A stretch of 46,485 nucleotides of DNA, from assembly GCA_000934665.2 (NCBI GenBank), contig JYFJ02003095.1, positions 1 through 46,485 on the forward strand. Reading direction: 5' to 3'. Position 1 is the stretch's first letter. Every line of letters starts with the position of its first letter. The notes below the pieces were generated by a model that searched no databases, was not told the origin of the DNA, and saw only the letters and a list, made by a program, of their open reading frames with translations. This DNA comes from Catajapyx aquilonaris. Lineage: Eukaryota. Position numbers and translations under genes: made by a program. Shown here in pieces: positions 1 through 9,620 of this stretch.

Positions 1-595
1 GCTGTCAGTGCTGCCTTTTGGGACCCCAGACCTTCGCTGGAGTGCCCATGGACTCCTATTGACCTGCTTCGTGAGTGTTTCAGGCAAAAAGTGGACCTAA
101 CGTCTGCCTTAGATTTTTTAATAGAGCTCGAATCTATTGTCGTGTCTGGCAGTGCATATTGCTCTTCCAGTGCGGATGCAGCACTTGGATTGGTGATTGA
201 GGCTGCAGCTACAACCGCATCCTGCAGTATTTGAGACCAGCTTCGGGACTCTTTGACTGACCAGTCACCTCGACTCGTTCTGACTGATTCCGAATAAGGA
301 AACTGCTCATGGCTCGCTCCCACACTGCAACGTGACTTTTGTTCTACATCAACCATCCCAGCGGGTGGCATTGTTGCCTTCTTGGACTTATTCTTTGGTA
401 CAATGCATGATTCAGGAGAAGCGTTATGGGCCTGTGTGAGTGCTGCCACTTGCTCGGATTTACTGCGCGAGATCTCTGTTGGGAATTCTTCAGCCATATC
501 GACCATTACCAGCTGGGCTGCCTCTCTGAAATCTCTGAGCTGCTCCTTGATCATTTCGCAGTATTGCTCTGCCAGTGTCACCTCTTCTTCTAGTT
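1..595 (-). CDS. Gene A coding exon 3 (partial)
   Basis: Stop-free frame ELEEEVTLAEQYCEMIKEQLRDF...GSQKAALT from the acceptor at 596 to the window edge. Confidence 0.8.
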
Positions 596-2037
596 CTGCA
601 ATGAAAAACCAGGACATTAGCTCTATAGCTGTCGATTTCTTAATTCGTCAAATACATTTACCAGACATAGGATTTTTTAACGGGGTACGGCTTGATATCT
701 TGGGAGCTGGTGACTGGCATATGGTAAACAGCTCCTCGGAGGGGAAAGATTCAAGATCCCTCAGCTTTCGTGAACCGATTCTGGCTTCGTCCATTTCCAG
801 GTGAGGAAAACTTTTTCCAACCGAGTGAGCGATTGATGATACACCTGCAAATGCGACAGTTTGGGATCTCTATTTAAGGACTTACGATCAGAGGACCCTA
901 TATTAAATATGCCTACAAAGCCAACCAACTATAATAATTGTGATAAAAGTCATGGTACTACATGGTACATGGACTATGGGTCTTCTAATGCAGATCAAAA
1001 TAAGATTATTCTGGAAAATCACAAAATTAGCGACGTCTCTATGCATGTAAAGAAGTAATGTAACTTGTCAAAATCATTATTATTAATTCTGATAAACTAC
1101 TATGATATCACCTGGTCACTGTAACCTCATTACTGAGAAACTTGGCTTATAACAAATGTGAAAAAAGCCTAGCGCTTGTGTATCTCTCCATAATACGGGG
1201 GAGACTGAGTGGCGCCGCGGTAACGAGCGCGCCCACCGATGTTAAGGTCCCGGGTTCGATCCCAGCCCGGGGACACCCCCTTCATCTCGTGCAGAGTTTA
1301 GGGCCATCTCTGACTTCGTCTCGGGTGGTATTTCCTATAGACTAAACAACCCAGGGGAGCTCACAAAATGACCACATATGTCATTGCACTGCACTTGCAC
1401 ATCCCCTCCTGTCATCCTCCCTATCGCTCGCGGTACCCGGGCGTTACGGCAAAAGGAACTGTATCAAGCTTGTACAAATTTAAGCATAAATAAAGGTACT
1501 GTGCCGATGCCCTAGGGCGGTGCACTAAACCCCAATTATTATATTTTATATTATATTATTACATTATCTCTCCATAATACAGTGTATTGGGTTGAATTTC
1601 TGTTTCACTGCTAGTTACTGCTAACTTAGCAGTACTAGTGTTGGCACTGATACTGCTAAGTAAGCAGTAACTAGCAGTGGGACGAAAATTCCAACCTTTC
1701 CTTTTTCACTTAAAATGTGGGTATTAACTTTCACCTGCACATCTATCCTTCCAGAAAAATAATCCTCCCTCGCTTATGGTACCCAGGAGTTACAGAGAGG
1801 AACCTACCATGAGACTTTACCTGAATTTTTACAAAACACCCTGCAGCATTAAAGAAATTTGTGACAACAAAAGAAATCCTGACCTGGTTCTGCTACACAG
1901 GAAAGGCGCTCCTCTGAGGTCTTGGCCTGTCTTGCTTCTAGAGTGGGATGATTTATGTTCCAACGGCTATTTTCATCAGCTGTTGTGGTAGTAGTTAATA
2001 ACTTTTCCAACGAACAATGCTCACTGTCTATGTCCAT
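1..2037 (-). CDS. Gene A: spliced gene of unknown function, 3' end outside window; CDS complement(join(<1..595,662..844,1884..2037))
   Basis: ATG at 2037 in accATGg context with an upstream in-frame TGA. Donor AG|GTCAGG at 1883, acceptor TTGCAG| at 845, donor TG|GTAAAT at 661, acceptor TTTTTCATTGCAG| at 596. Both introns are phase 1 and the joined frame is open for about 310 codons (MDIDSEHCSLEKLL...SELEEEVTLAEQYCEMIKEQLRDFREAAQ...). The plus-strand ORF 382-804 is its antisense shadow. Confidence 0.75.
662..844 (-). CDS. Gene A coding exon 2 (183 bp)
   Basis: AG and GT boundaries, open frame VSSIAHSVGKSFPHLEMDE...KNPMS, followed by a 66-bp intron (596-661). Confidence 0.75.
1197..1564 (+). 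mobile_element. tRNA-derived SINE (family 1) in a gene A intron
   Basis: A box TGGCGCCGCGG, B box GGTTCGATCCC, AT-rich (ATTAT)-like tail, perfect 16-bp TSD TATCTCTCCATAATAC at 1181-1196 and 1565-1580. Confidence 0.92.
1590..1696. repeat. Short fold-back (MITE remnant or hairpin)
   Basis: 1606-1634 and 1651-1679 are 28/29 reverse complements, with looser outer pairing out to 1590/1696. Confidence 0.85.
1884..2037 (-). CDS. Gene A first coding exon (154 bp)
   Basis: MDIDSEHCSLEKLLTTTTTADENS...CVAEP; phase matches the exon starting at 844. Confidence 0.65.
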
Positions 2038-2078
2038 GGTGCAAGTCCGGTGGCCGGGTCACCTCAAATACGTCTAAC

Positions 2079-2366
2079 CTACGACTGATGCAAGACACAA
2101 AATTTGTCACTCAATCAGACCTTGTGTTTCTGAATGTTACTGATTCTCACCTGACGAGGTTATAATATTTGAACAACGACGGCAGTACTATCCCTATACG
2201 TCGAATGAGTCCTGGGATCACTGACACCTCCTTTCGTCCGTCGGCGACGTCTGACTCTCGAGTCAACAGACAAATCGGCGTTTCACTAGGCAACGGGTCA
2301 ACAATGACTGGCGAAAGTATTGTTGTTTGAATAGAGGAGGGGCGGGCACGGGGGCACCTTATATGC
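2079..2366 (-). promoter_or_regulatory. Putative gene A 5' UTR intron (2079-2150), non-coding first exon and TATA-like core promoter
   Basis: CAG|GTGAGA donor at 2150, GTAG| acceptor at 2079 (72-bp intron), CATATAAG on the minus strand near 2358-2365 next to a GC box. Confidence 0.4.
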
Positions 2367-2479
2367 AGAGCAATTAATCCGCCTCCCTAAATCACTATAT
2401 AAATCCCCCAAGGTGGCCATGATTGTGTTCCAAGAATACTGTACACGAGTTGGCTTAGGTGCACTTTAACCCCATCCCC

Positions 2480-4340
2480 TCTCTGAAAATAATTAAGGTT
2501 TCTACCTATTTCATGAATCTATACTTGACGAACTGAGTCGAATGATACTTTTCGTAGGGTCCGGAAACATTTCGTTCAAAACTTATTGAATTTTGAAATT
2601 GAAAGTAATAAACAATCAATAAATGAAAATAAATAAGTGTTCCTTTGTTGACACTATTGACCTTGCTATTGACTCCTTTTGTTACGCGAGATATTCTCTA
2701 TGTAAAGGGAGGTTTACCGCGGCAAGGTGTTGGGAGGGATGATGAATGATGGTTTTAAAAATCCGTGGTTCTTGATTCGTTGGAGAGAATGGAAGTGTGT
2801 TCTTAGCAGGTGCATCCTTCCTGCTGTTTGTGTTTGTGTCATCTGTGAGACGTTGGAATGACAGCACCAGTCCTGTCCGCCTTGTGGTACTGCCAGGCAC
2901 TGTACGTTGCATTGGCCGATTATTTTAGTTACCTCAGCGAGGTGGGCGCATTTTGTGGGTTGGGTTTCGGAAACATTACTGTTCGTCTTGTGGTGCCGCA
3001 GGCCAACGTACGTTATTGTGGCTTTGCTAACGTCTCCTGGAGGTGAGGAGGTTTCACAACAAAAAGGGAAGGCTGGTTGTTTTTTTTGAAATTAATTACC
3101 GGTACTTCAAAATTCGATAACTTTTGAATGAAACTTTTACGCTTTCTTGTTGGTCAATAATAATTTATGATGGATATACTTCAAATTCCGTAGAGGTGCC
3201 ATCATGCAACAAAATGAGTAAACAGTTTCAACAAAGGAACACATTTCCATTTATTGATTGTTAATAATTAATTGCAATATAAAATTTCAATACCGTAACT
3301 TTTAAACCAAACGTTTCCTTCAAGGGGGTAAACACTTCGGTACTCCGGTGTACACCTGCGAGTACTTCACTCTTTATTACTCCTTGGTACTCCTTGAATT
3401 TGGTACTCCAGTGTACACTTTTCAGTCGAGTGATTACCCCCTTGGTTTCCTTGCAAACAGTGTCATTCGACTCATGTCGTCTAGTACAGTAGATTCAGGA
3501 AATATACTATAGAAATATTTTATTTTACTTTATTTTATTGGGGGGGGGGGGGNGGGTGGAATAAGTGTTCGTAACCTTACCCACGGGTTGCAAACAACCT
3601 TTTCATTCGGACAAGCTTCGTCCGAGGCTACCTCAAACTCTCCACACACCTCCAGTCCTCTCCCACGTCCACGCCATCTGTCATCCAGACTCTAACTCCC
3701 CAACAATCCCAAGCAAGAAGCGTATAAAATACAAGCAACTTGTCGATATGTGCCTGGAGTAGTTGCATGGAGACTGTCAAATTGCAGAATGGTGATTATT
3801 GGCAGGCAGGCAAGCCCTCCCTGGGAAAGCCAATTATCTCCCTTCTGAGGGATCGTGCCCTTTGGGCCCGTGGCAGGCGCGCCCCTTCCTAATCTCGTGC
3901 TAATAGTGTCCATGGGGCCATAATCCACTGGGATCGGAAAGCGGACTAACAAAGGGAAGAAGGACGCAGCACAGATTACCTGCGGCAACCACTCTCTCAG
4001 CCTGGACATTTCTCGCATTCTCATCAGCTTCGGAGTAAAATGAATCTACCGCTATAATGATGGGCTTTTTTCACTTTTATTATTGGCTAAATGCGGCGGT
4101 GTTTGGTTTAAAAGTTATTGAATTTTGAAATTGCAAGTAATTAACAATCAATAAATGGAAATAAACCAGTATTCCTTTGTTGAGACAGTTTACTCATTTT
4201 GTTGCATGATGGCACCTCTATGAAAAATCAGATTATTGACACAATAATTAAAAAGCGGAAAAGTTTTATTCAAAAGTTATCGGACTTTGAAGTAATTAAT
4301 TTCAAATGGCTATAAACCCAAAAACCAGCCCTCCCTTTTA
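2480..4340. repeat. Three fragments of one AT-rich dispersed repeat in alternating orientation (about 2480-2660 +, 3060-3535 -, 4095-4340 +)
   Basis: The block TTATTGAATTTTGAAATTG..AACAATCAATAAATG..TTCCTTTGTTGA occurs at about 2584 and 4115 and as a reverse complement at about 3225-3310. Confidence 0.8.
3321..3444. mobile_element. 124-bp MITE, P-element or hAT type
   Basis: TIRs CAAGGGGGTAA...TTACCCCCTTG (15/16 extended), 8-bp TSD GTTTCCTT at 3313-3320 and 3445-3452, internal GGTACTCC repeats; nested in the older repeat. Confidence 0.85.
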
Positions 4341-4510
4341 TACTTTTTCTCATCATCGAAAAAAAGTCTTAGAGAACGACTGTCCGTCCGTCCGTCCGTC
4401 TGTGGGCAGGTATCAGGGCCGCAACCGCAAAAGATAGCGTGACGTAAATAGGTGTTATGGTCACCTTCCAGTGACACACCACTTCCGGTTTCCCGGGGTC
4501 ACTCGATCCG
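4338..4510 (+). mobile_element. 5' part of a HINE/DINE-1-like non-autonomous Helentron-associated element
   Basis: TTATA start, short 5' inverted repeat ACTTTTT...AAAAAGT, then a (GTCC)n microsatellite at about 4381-4400; this order matches DINE-1/HINE block A. Confidence 0.55.
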
Positions 4511-4727
4511 TACAAGTCTACTTTATGGTTGGATTTCGAAATTAGTTTCCTGGATTCCTGACCATGTGTGTCGCGGAATTAGCCAGGTGCTCAGAAAAGT
4601 CCTCAATTGGACTAGGAAGGTTTCGACTGGATACACGTCTTGATGTTACGTCTGGATTCTCGTAGGCTGCGGCTACGATAGGAACAGCTGTGCTGTTCGG
4701 AACTGGATACACGTATAGGTTGCTGCA

Positions 4728-4967
4728 CCGACTGGATACACGCTGTGCTGTTCCGACTGGGTACACGCTGTGCTGTTCCGACTGGATACACGCTGTGCTG
4801 TTCCGACTGGATACACGCTGTGCTGTTCCGACTGGGTACACGCTGTGCTGTTCCGACTGGGTACACGCTGTGCTGTTCCGACTGGGTACACGCTGTGCTG
4901 TTCCGACTGGGTACACGCTGTGCTGTTCCGACTGGGTACACGCTGTGCTGTTCCGACTGGGTACACG
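4728..4967. repeat. 25-bp minisatellite CCGACTGG(A/G)TACACGCTGTGCTGTT, 9.6 copies, with degenerate units flanking from about 4620 to 5130
   Basis: Units start at 4728, 4753, ... 4953. Only one position varies (A in units 1, 3 and 4). No spacers. Confidence 0.97.
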
Positions 4968-5646
4968 TAGGCTGAAGTTGCTACTTCTGGATTTACGTAG
5001 GCTGGCGTTATGACTGGGTAGTCGTCTGAAGTCCGTAGTGGATTCTCGACTTTCTCGTAGCTACTGCGCCGACTGGATACACGTAGGCTGCGGTACGACT
5101 GGGTAGTCGTCTGAAGTTCCGGACTGGATAGGAGGCATCGAGGACCCAACCCTTCCGTCTGATGGCTGGTAGTCCACTCATCCTCGGCTGGCAGCTCGCC
5201 CCCTTTTTATGCTGAAAGGCCGAGTGCATGACGGGAGAGGTAAGGCGCTGTGCTCGATGGGAAATTTGGTGGTCGTGATGCATGGTGGGAATAGGGAGAC
5301 GTAACCCAGGGGAAAATGGCAGGATGTACGGAGGGTTGCGGACTCCCAGGATAGGTGAGAAAATAATCGTCACACCCCGTAAGCAACCGAGTGCGGCTGG
5401 CTCTTCACAGGAGAGTCCTTAACCGCATCTGGTCTGGCTCCCCATTGTCTCCTCCTCAACCTTCACTGTTCAAAGGCTGAGCTCCTTATCCCTTTCTGCA
5501 AAATTTCTAATCTACAGGAAAACTCCGAGTGGATGTGTGTGTATGTGTGTGGGCTACTGGCGCATGGGCTCATGGGAGGATGGTTCAAGGCTGGTTAGAT
5601 AGGAATAATATGACGCTCTGAAGGCCGGCTGGCCCTCTTGTCGCAG

Positions 5647-6511
5647 TTGACTGTGACAAGATGAGGGCAGCATGCTACTCGGCACTACCATCTGAGGCTG
5701 AGGTACTTGCCCTTTGTGCTGGGAAGTTCTGTTGGACCAAGCCATCACGTTGGGGTCAACGTGCAGCTGGTGAGGTCAAGAGGCCTTCGCTCTTGATTGC
5801 TAACCCATTGATATTTGCAGGTATTGGCAATGATGAAGACCCATCAGCGTCTCCTATGCCGAGCTGCTGGGACAGTGGGACTGCTTTCTATGCTACCCAC
5901 CATCATGAGCCATGGCCGGGTACAGTGTGACAGCTCCTTTGCCACCATCCATGGTGCCTGCTGTCCCTGCCCTCCCGACCGTCGATGGACACAGCAGAGG
6001 GCCCCGCTTTAGAGAGCCAATTTCAATCCAGGTGTGCCAACCTTCTGCTATTGCCCCTGAGAATGACGAGTTCGTCCTTAGGGAGGTGTTGTTTGAACAT
6101 AATAAGGCAGTAACATAGGGTATTGTGAAACCCCGGGGCCTTTCTCACTTTCTGGCAGACAGGAAGGCGAGTACGTATAAGGATCAACAGTGTCGCATAA
6201 AAGAGATGATAACTTACCATCATGTGCGAAATACGAAGAAAGAGCTCTGGACCCTGATTCAACGCCTCATCGAAGAGTTAGAGCACCTCAATGGGTAAGT
6301 ATTTATGCTTATTATAGACCCGTTGAGGAATTCATATACTACCATGGCAAAATACATGACTGTGAGCCTACTGCCTACCTTCCCGGTATATTACAGGGAC
6401 TATAAATCGCTCCAGAAGGCAGTGGCAGAGTACCCAGGTATGTTGAGTGGGAATGACAACCAGCAGAAATATGGAAGGTTGATGGAGGACGCCGTTTTGC
6501 GAGGGTTGTGA
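5647..6511 (+). pseudogene. Decayed spliced gene fragment, product unknown
   Basis: Intron 5770-5820 (GTGAGG...CTAAC...TTTGCAG) and intron 6295-6396 (GTAAGT...TTACAG) are both frame-compatible. The frame 5912-6294 is broken only by TAG at 6116-6118 and splices into DYKSLQKAVAEYPG. One frameshift is needed near 5850-5925. Confidence 0.45.
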
Positions 6512-6519
6512 CCTTGAAC

Positions 6520-6584
6520 CGGAAATTTTTTTGCGCCTGCCGCGGGCCCTGCCCCCAACAGAAAAATTTCTGGATCTGCCGCTG
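6520..6584 (-). mobile_element. Single MITE end fragment
   Basis: Reverse complement reads CAGCGGCAGATCCAGAAATTTTT..GGGGGC, a common invertebrate MITE terminus; no partner end found. Confidence 0.4.
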
Positions 6585-7734
6585 GTAGTCGGTAAGAAGT
6601 AGCACTGCAGCTAGTGATAAGTTACTAGGGTTTTCGTCACTCCAGGTTGCCGATGTCAATTTGCATGGCTATAGGGTAGACTCCATAATTTTATATATTT
6701 TGTAGATAATGATGAGTCTGTGTAGACAGCATGAGTAGAAGGGGGTGTCCCACAACGTTGTGGATCAAAACCATCACTTTACAGTAATGGGCAATGGGCA
6801 TACCCTTCCCATAACACTGTAGGCCTATATCGAGTTCAATTTTAAAATATCTTTTTGAAATGCTTCTTGGAATGGAATTGTTGTAGGCTTAATCATCATA
6901 AGCAACCCCCACCCCTCACCCTAGAGGATGACGTAATATGTGTACGGCAGTTACCAGGATACTTGGCTTCAGCACCTGCACATTTGCCTACGCTTAACCT
7001 GCATCATTTCATCCAATAGTGCCCCTGGACCCTACCCAACGTGATGGAATAAGGGGAGACATAGAGGTAGACACCTCCAGAAGTGGGGAGGCAGGTGAAT
7101 GTGACAATCGTGAAGGAATTTCAGGTGAGAAAGTCATCTGTTCTTAACGAAATTCTTTGCTTGGCAGGCAGGTTCAGTAATTCCGGAGTAAATGCATCTT
7201 TCACGCAAATGACGACAAAGGCTAGGGAGATGACCATTAAAATTTGTACAACTGCTGAGATAGTAGGAAACAGAGCTGGGCAACACCCTGCACCACGAAA
7301 GTGCTGCAAACAACAATCGAGTCCCTACAATTAGGTGTCCCACCACTGTCCCAAAGGCGGCCCATCACTGTGAAAAGTGTCCCATTACAGTACTTTTGTG
7401 ACTCTTGGAACTTTTCATGACCAAAAATGACAGTAAAGGAGAATTTCAAAATTACAGTTTCTACTTGAAAGAGAACAATCTGAAAATTCAGAAAAAATAT
7501 AATCAAACTGCTGATGTGATTACTGTGGGTCATGTGACGATGTGAACTTGGGAAATTTATGAAGTGTCCCATATAACTGTATGGTTTGCCCCTACCTATC
7601 CAACATTTTAAAAGGAGCAATGTATTTTAAGACCTAGTGAAATTCAGACCAGTCAGAATCACATTGATGTCAATGATACGCATTTTGTTATTTTTGTAAA
7701 TAAATTTACCCATTTCTGGGCTATTGAGGTCTTG

Positions 7735-8676
7735 TTGGGGGCGGATTACCACCATTTAGAACCATTTTCCTTTATACATCAATTTCCGTGCAAGGACTTC
7801 GGGATGTGGGGGAGGGATAGGGATTGTTGGGGAGGGGACACTTGCGCAGGTGCAATGTCGGAATGTTGGGCCATGTGCAATCCCCCCAGGAGGCTTGGTT
7901 GCCAGGTCGCCCATCGAGTGGTCCTCTCGGACCAACTCGCATTTCTTGGTCGGACGGGGGTGCTTGGGAGAATATCCCACCCCCGTTCCTGGGTTGGACT
8001 CGGCATTGCAGTACAGCCGGGTCCAGCCCTCCTCTCCCCACCCTTCTCACCCACCCCTACCTTGCAATCCCACACCCTCCTCTCCTACCCCCGGCTGCCA
8101 AGGCTCGACTCAGACAGAGCCATACAAGCTGGGTAACCCTTCCAAACCAACCAACCAAACCAACTGGTTGCCAGACACCTCCTGTCGCAGTCTGCCTGGT
8201 AGTGGCTGCTGCCAACAGAGGGCAGCACTGTGGATAGGGTGGGGAGCCACCTGGCGGATGTTGAGGGAAGGTAGAGAGGATGGAGATGGGCCTGGGTAGA
8301 GGGTGGAGATGTTTTAGGTAGTCTCCCTCCTGTGCACTCGTCGGCGCTTGGGGGGGGGGGGCTTTGGGCCCCATGGGTATACGTGAGTTGCTGTGTATGA
8401 CTGTGTACTGAGCGTGCGTGATTAAATACAGTTTTATACAGGAACTGTGTCTCCTTTGTTGGGTGAGTGCAACGAGGGGTCTGGTGCTAGGCCTAGTGAG
8501 TGTCTGGGTCTGGTCCCATGTGTCGTGCCCTCTATAGCCGGGCGGGCACGTCACACTCCAAGGTGCGGGTCAGAGACTCTCCCTACGCAGGCGAAAGGGA
8601 ACTCCCAGGTGGGGATCGAACCTGGGACCTTTCACTCAGCAAGCCGAGACGTTACCATCTCGGCCACCGCACCTCC
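7735..8676 (-). mobile_element. tRNA-derived SINE (family 2), interrupted by a nested insertion; 3' boundary approximate
   Basis: Head at 8597-8676 reads GGAGGTGCGGTGGCCGAGATGGTAAC...GGTTCGATCCCC on the minus strand; the GC-rich body continues across the nested element to about 7735. Confidence 0.7.
7906..8164 (+). mobile_element. 5'-truncated SINE/LINE-like retroposon with (CCAA)n tail
   Basis: 10-bp TSD TGGTTGCCAG at 7896-7905 and 8165-8174, tail CCAAACCAACCAACCAAACCAAC, 3' stem-loop GGCTC...GAGCC. Confidence 0.8.
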
Positions 8677-8899
8677 TCCGCATCTTATGTTATTGAGAAC
8701 TTAACCACGACTGCAGGGTTAGCTCACATTATTACTTGTATAATGTTCGAGTATCACAATCCATTATGCTGCATTATAATCGGCTCAGAATTGCATAAGA
8801 AACATTACGGTACACTATGTGTTACATAGTGTTAGAGGGTCATGGACAGCAGCAATGAAGAGGTTGATGTCAAAATATTGCACCTACTTCTACATCAGA

Positions 8900-9620
8900 A
8901 AAAGATAGAACTCCTGTTGTCCTAGGGTGAATGAAAGCGCCAAATTCAACGCAGAATGACTACATCATATTATGGAGGAGGATTCGTGACTTGCACAAAC
9001 GCGGCCAACTGTTGTGCTTGCATAATTATACCTATGCAATTGCAGGCTCCGTTGCACTGTTATCCCTCCAGGATATGCAATGTTGGCCGGAGCAGTCTTC
9101 ACCTTGCACATCAGTGAACCTGCTGAAAACTTTACACACCAGTTGGTCCATCTGCATAAAGGTCATGAACCGTATTCTGCAGTCATATTTTGTCAGGGTC
9201 TTTTCTAAATCCTTCGCCCAATCCTATATCATTACATAAGTACTTCTTTCCGGAGTGCCACGCATAATTCGGCATTGTAACACCTTTTGTGAAACCACTC
9301 GCATCCACTAGATGGGGTTGATGATCTAGCTACTAGATGGAGTGGATGTAGCCTGGAGGGAGGCTTCTTGCTTAGTAGCAAGTCGTATGGCAGCCTCAGA
9401 CGAGGCTAGTCCGAACCAGTGTAGTCTTGGACTACCACGACCTTGAGCAACCACCGGGGTCATGAGTGATGACCTAGGGAGGTCAGCTCTCACTATTTAA
9501 ATATGTTCACATCTTTTTCCCCTCTCTGGACTCCGTATAGCCTATCTAGGTGAGAATATTCGAGAAAATTATGACTAGGCTGATGGATACCAGGCATTTT
9601 CCTGCATGGCAACTACCGTA
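8900..9620 (-). mobile_element. Possible heavily degraded RTE-like LINE 3' remnant
   Basis: Minus-strand peptides GRGSPRLHWFG and CISWRD resemble RTE ORF C-terminal motifs (GRPRxRW; GISWRD). Many stops, and their order is not clearly colinear. Confidence 0.25.

Noticed and set aside
382..804. 140-aa plus-strand ORF
   Set aside because: Antisense shadow of gene A exons
3541..3558. G-quadruplex at the poly-G run (and poly-C at about 34537-34565)
   Set aside because: Homopolymers containing an N, so length is unreliable, and there is no other support
4728..4967. CRISPR array, or repetitive proteins from the six overlapping ORFs
   Set aside because: Units are contiguous with no spacers and there are no cas genes. 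The 25-bp unit is not a multiple of 3 and lacks stops, so it yields the same peptide in every frame.
7732..8829. Dense overlapping ORFs
   Set aside because: Explained by GC-rich nested SINE sequence
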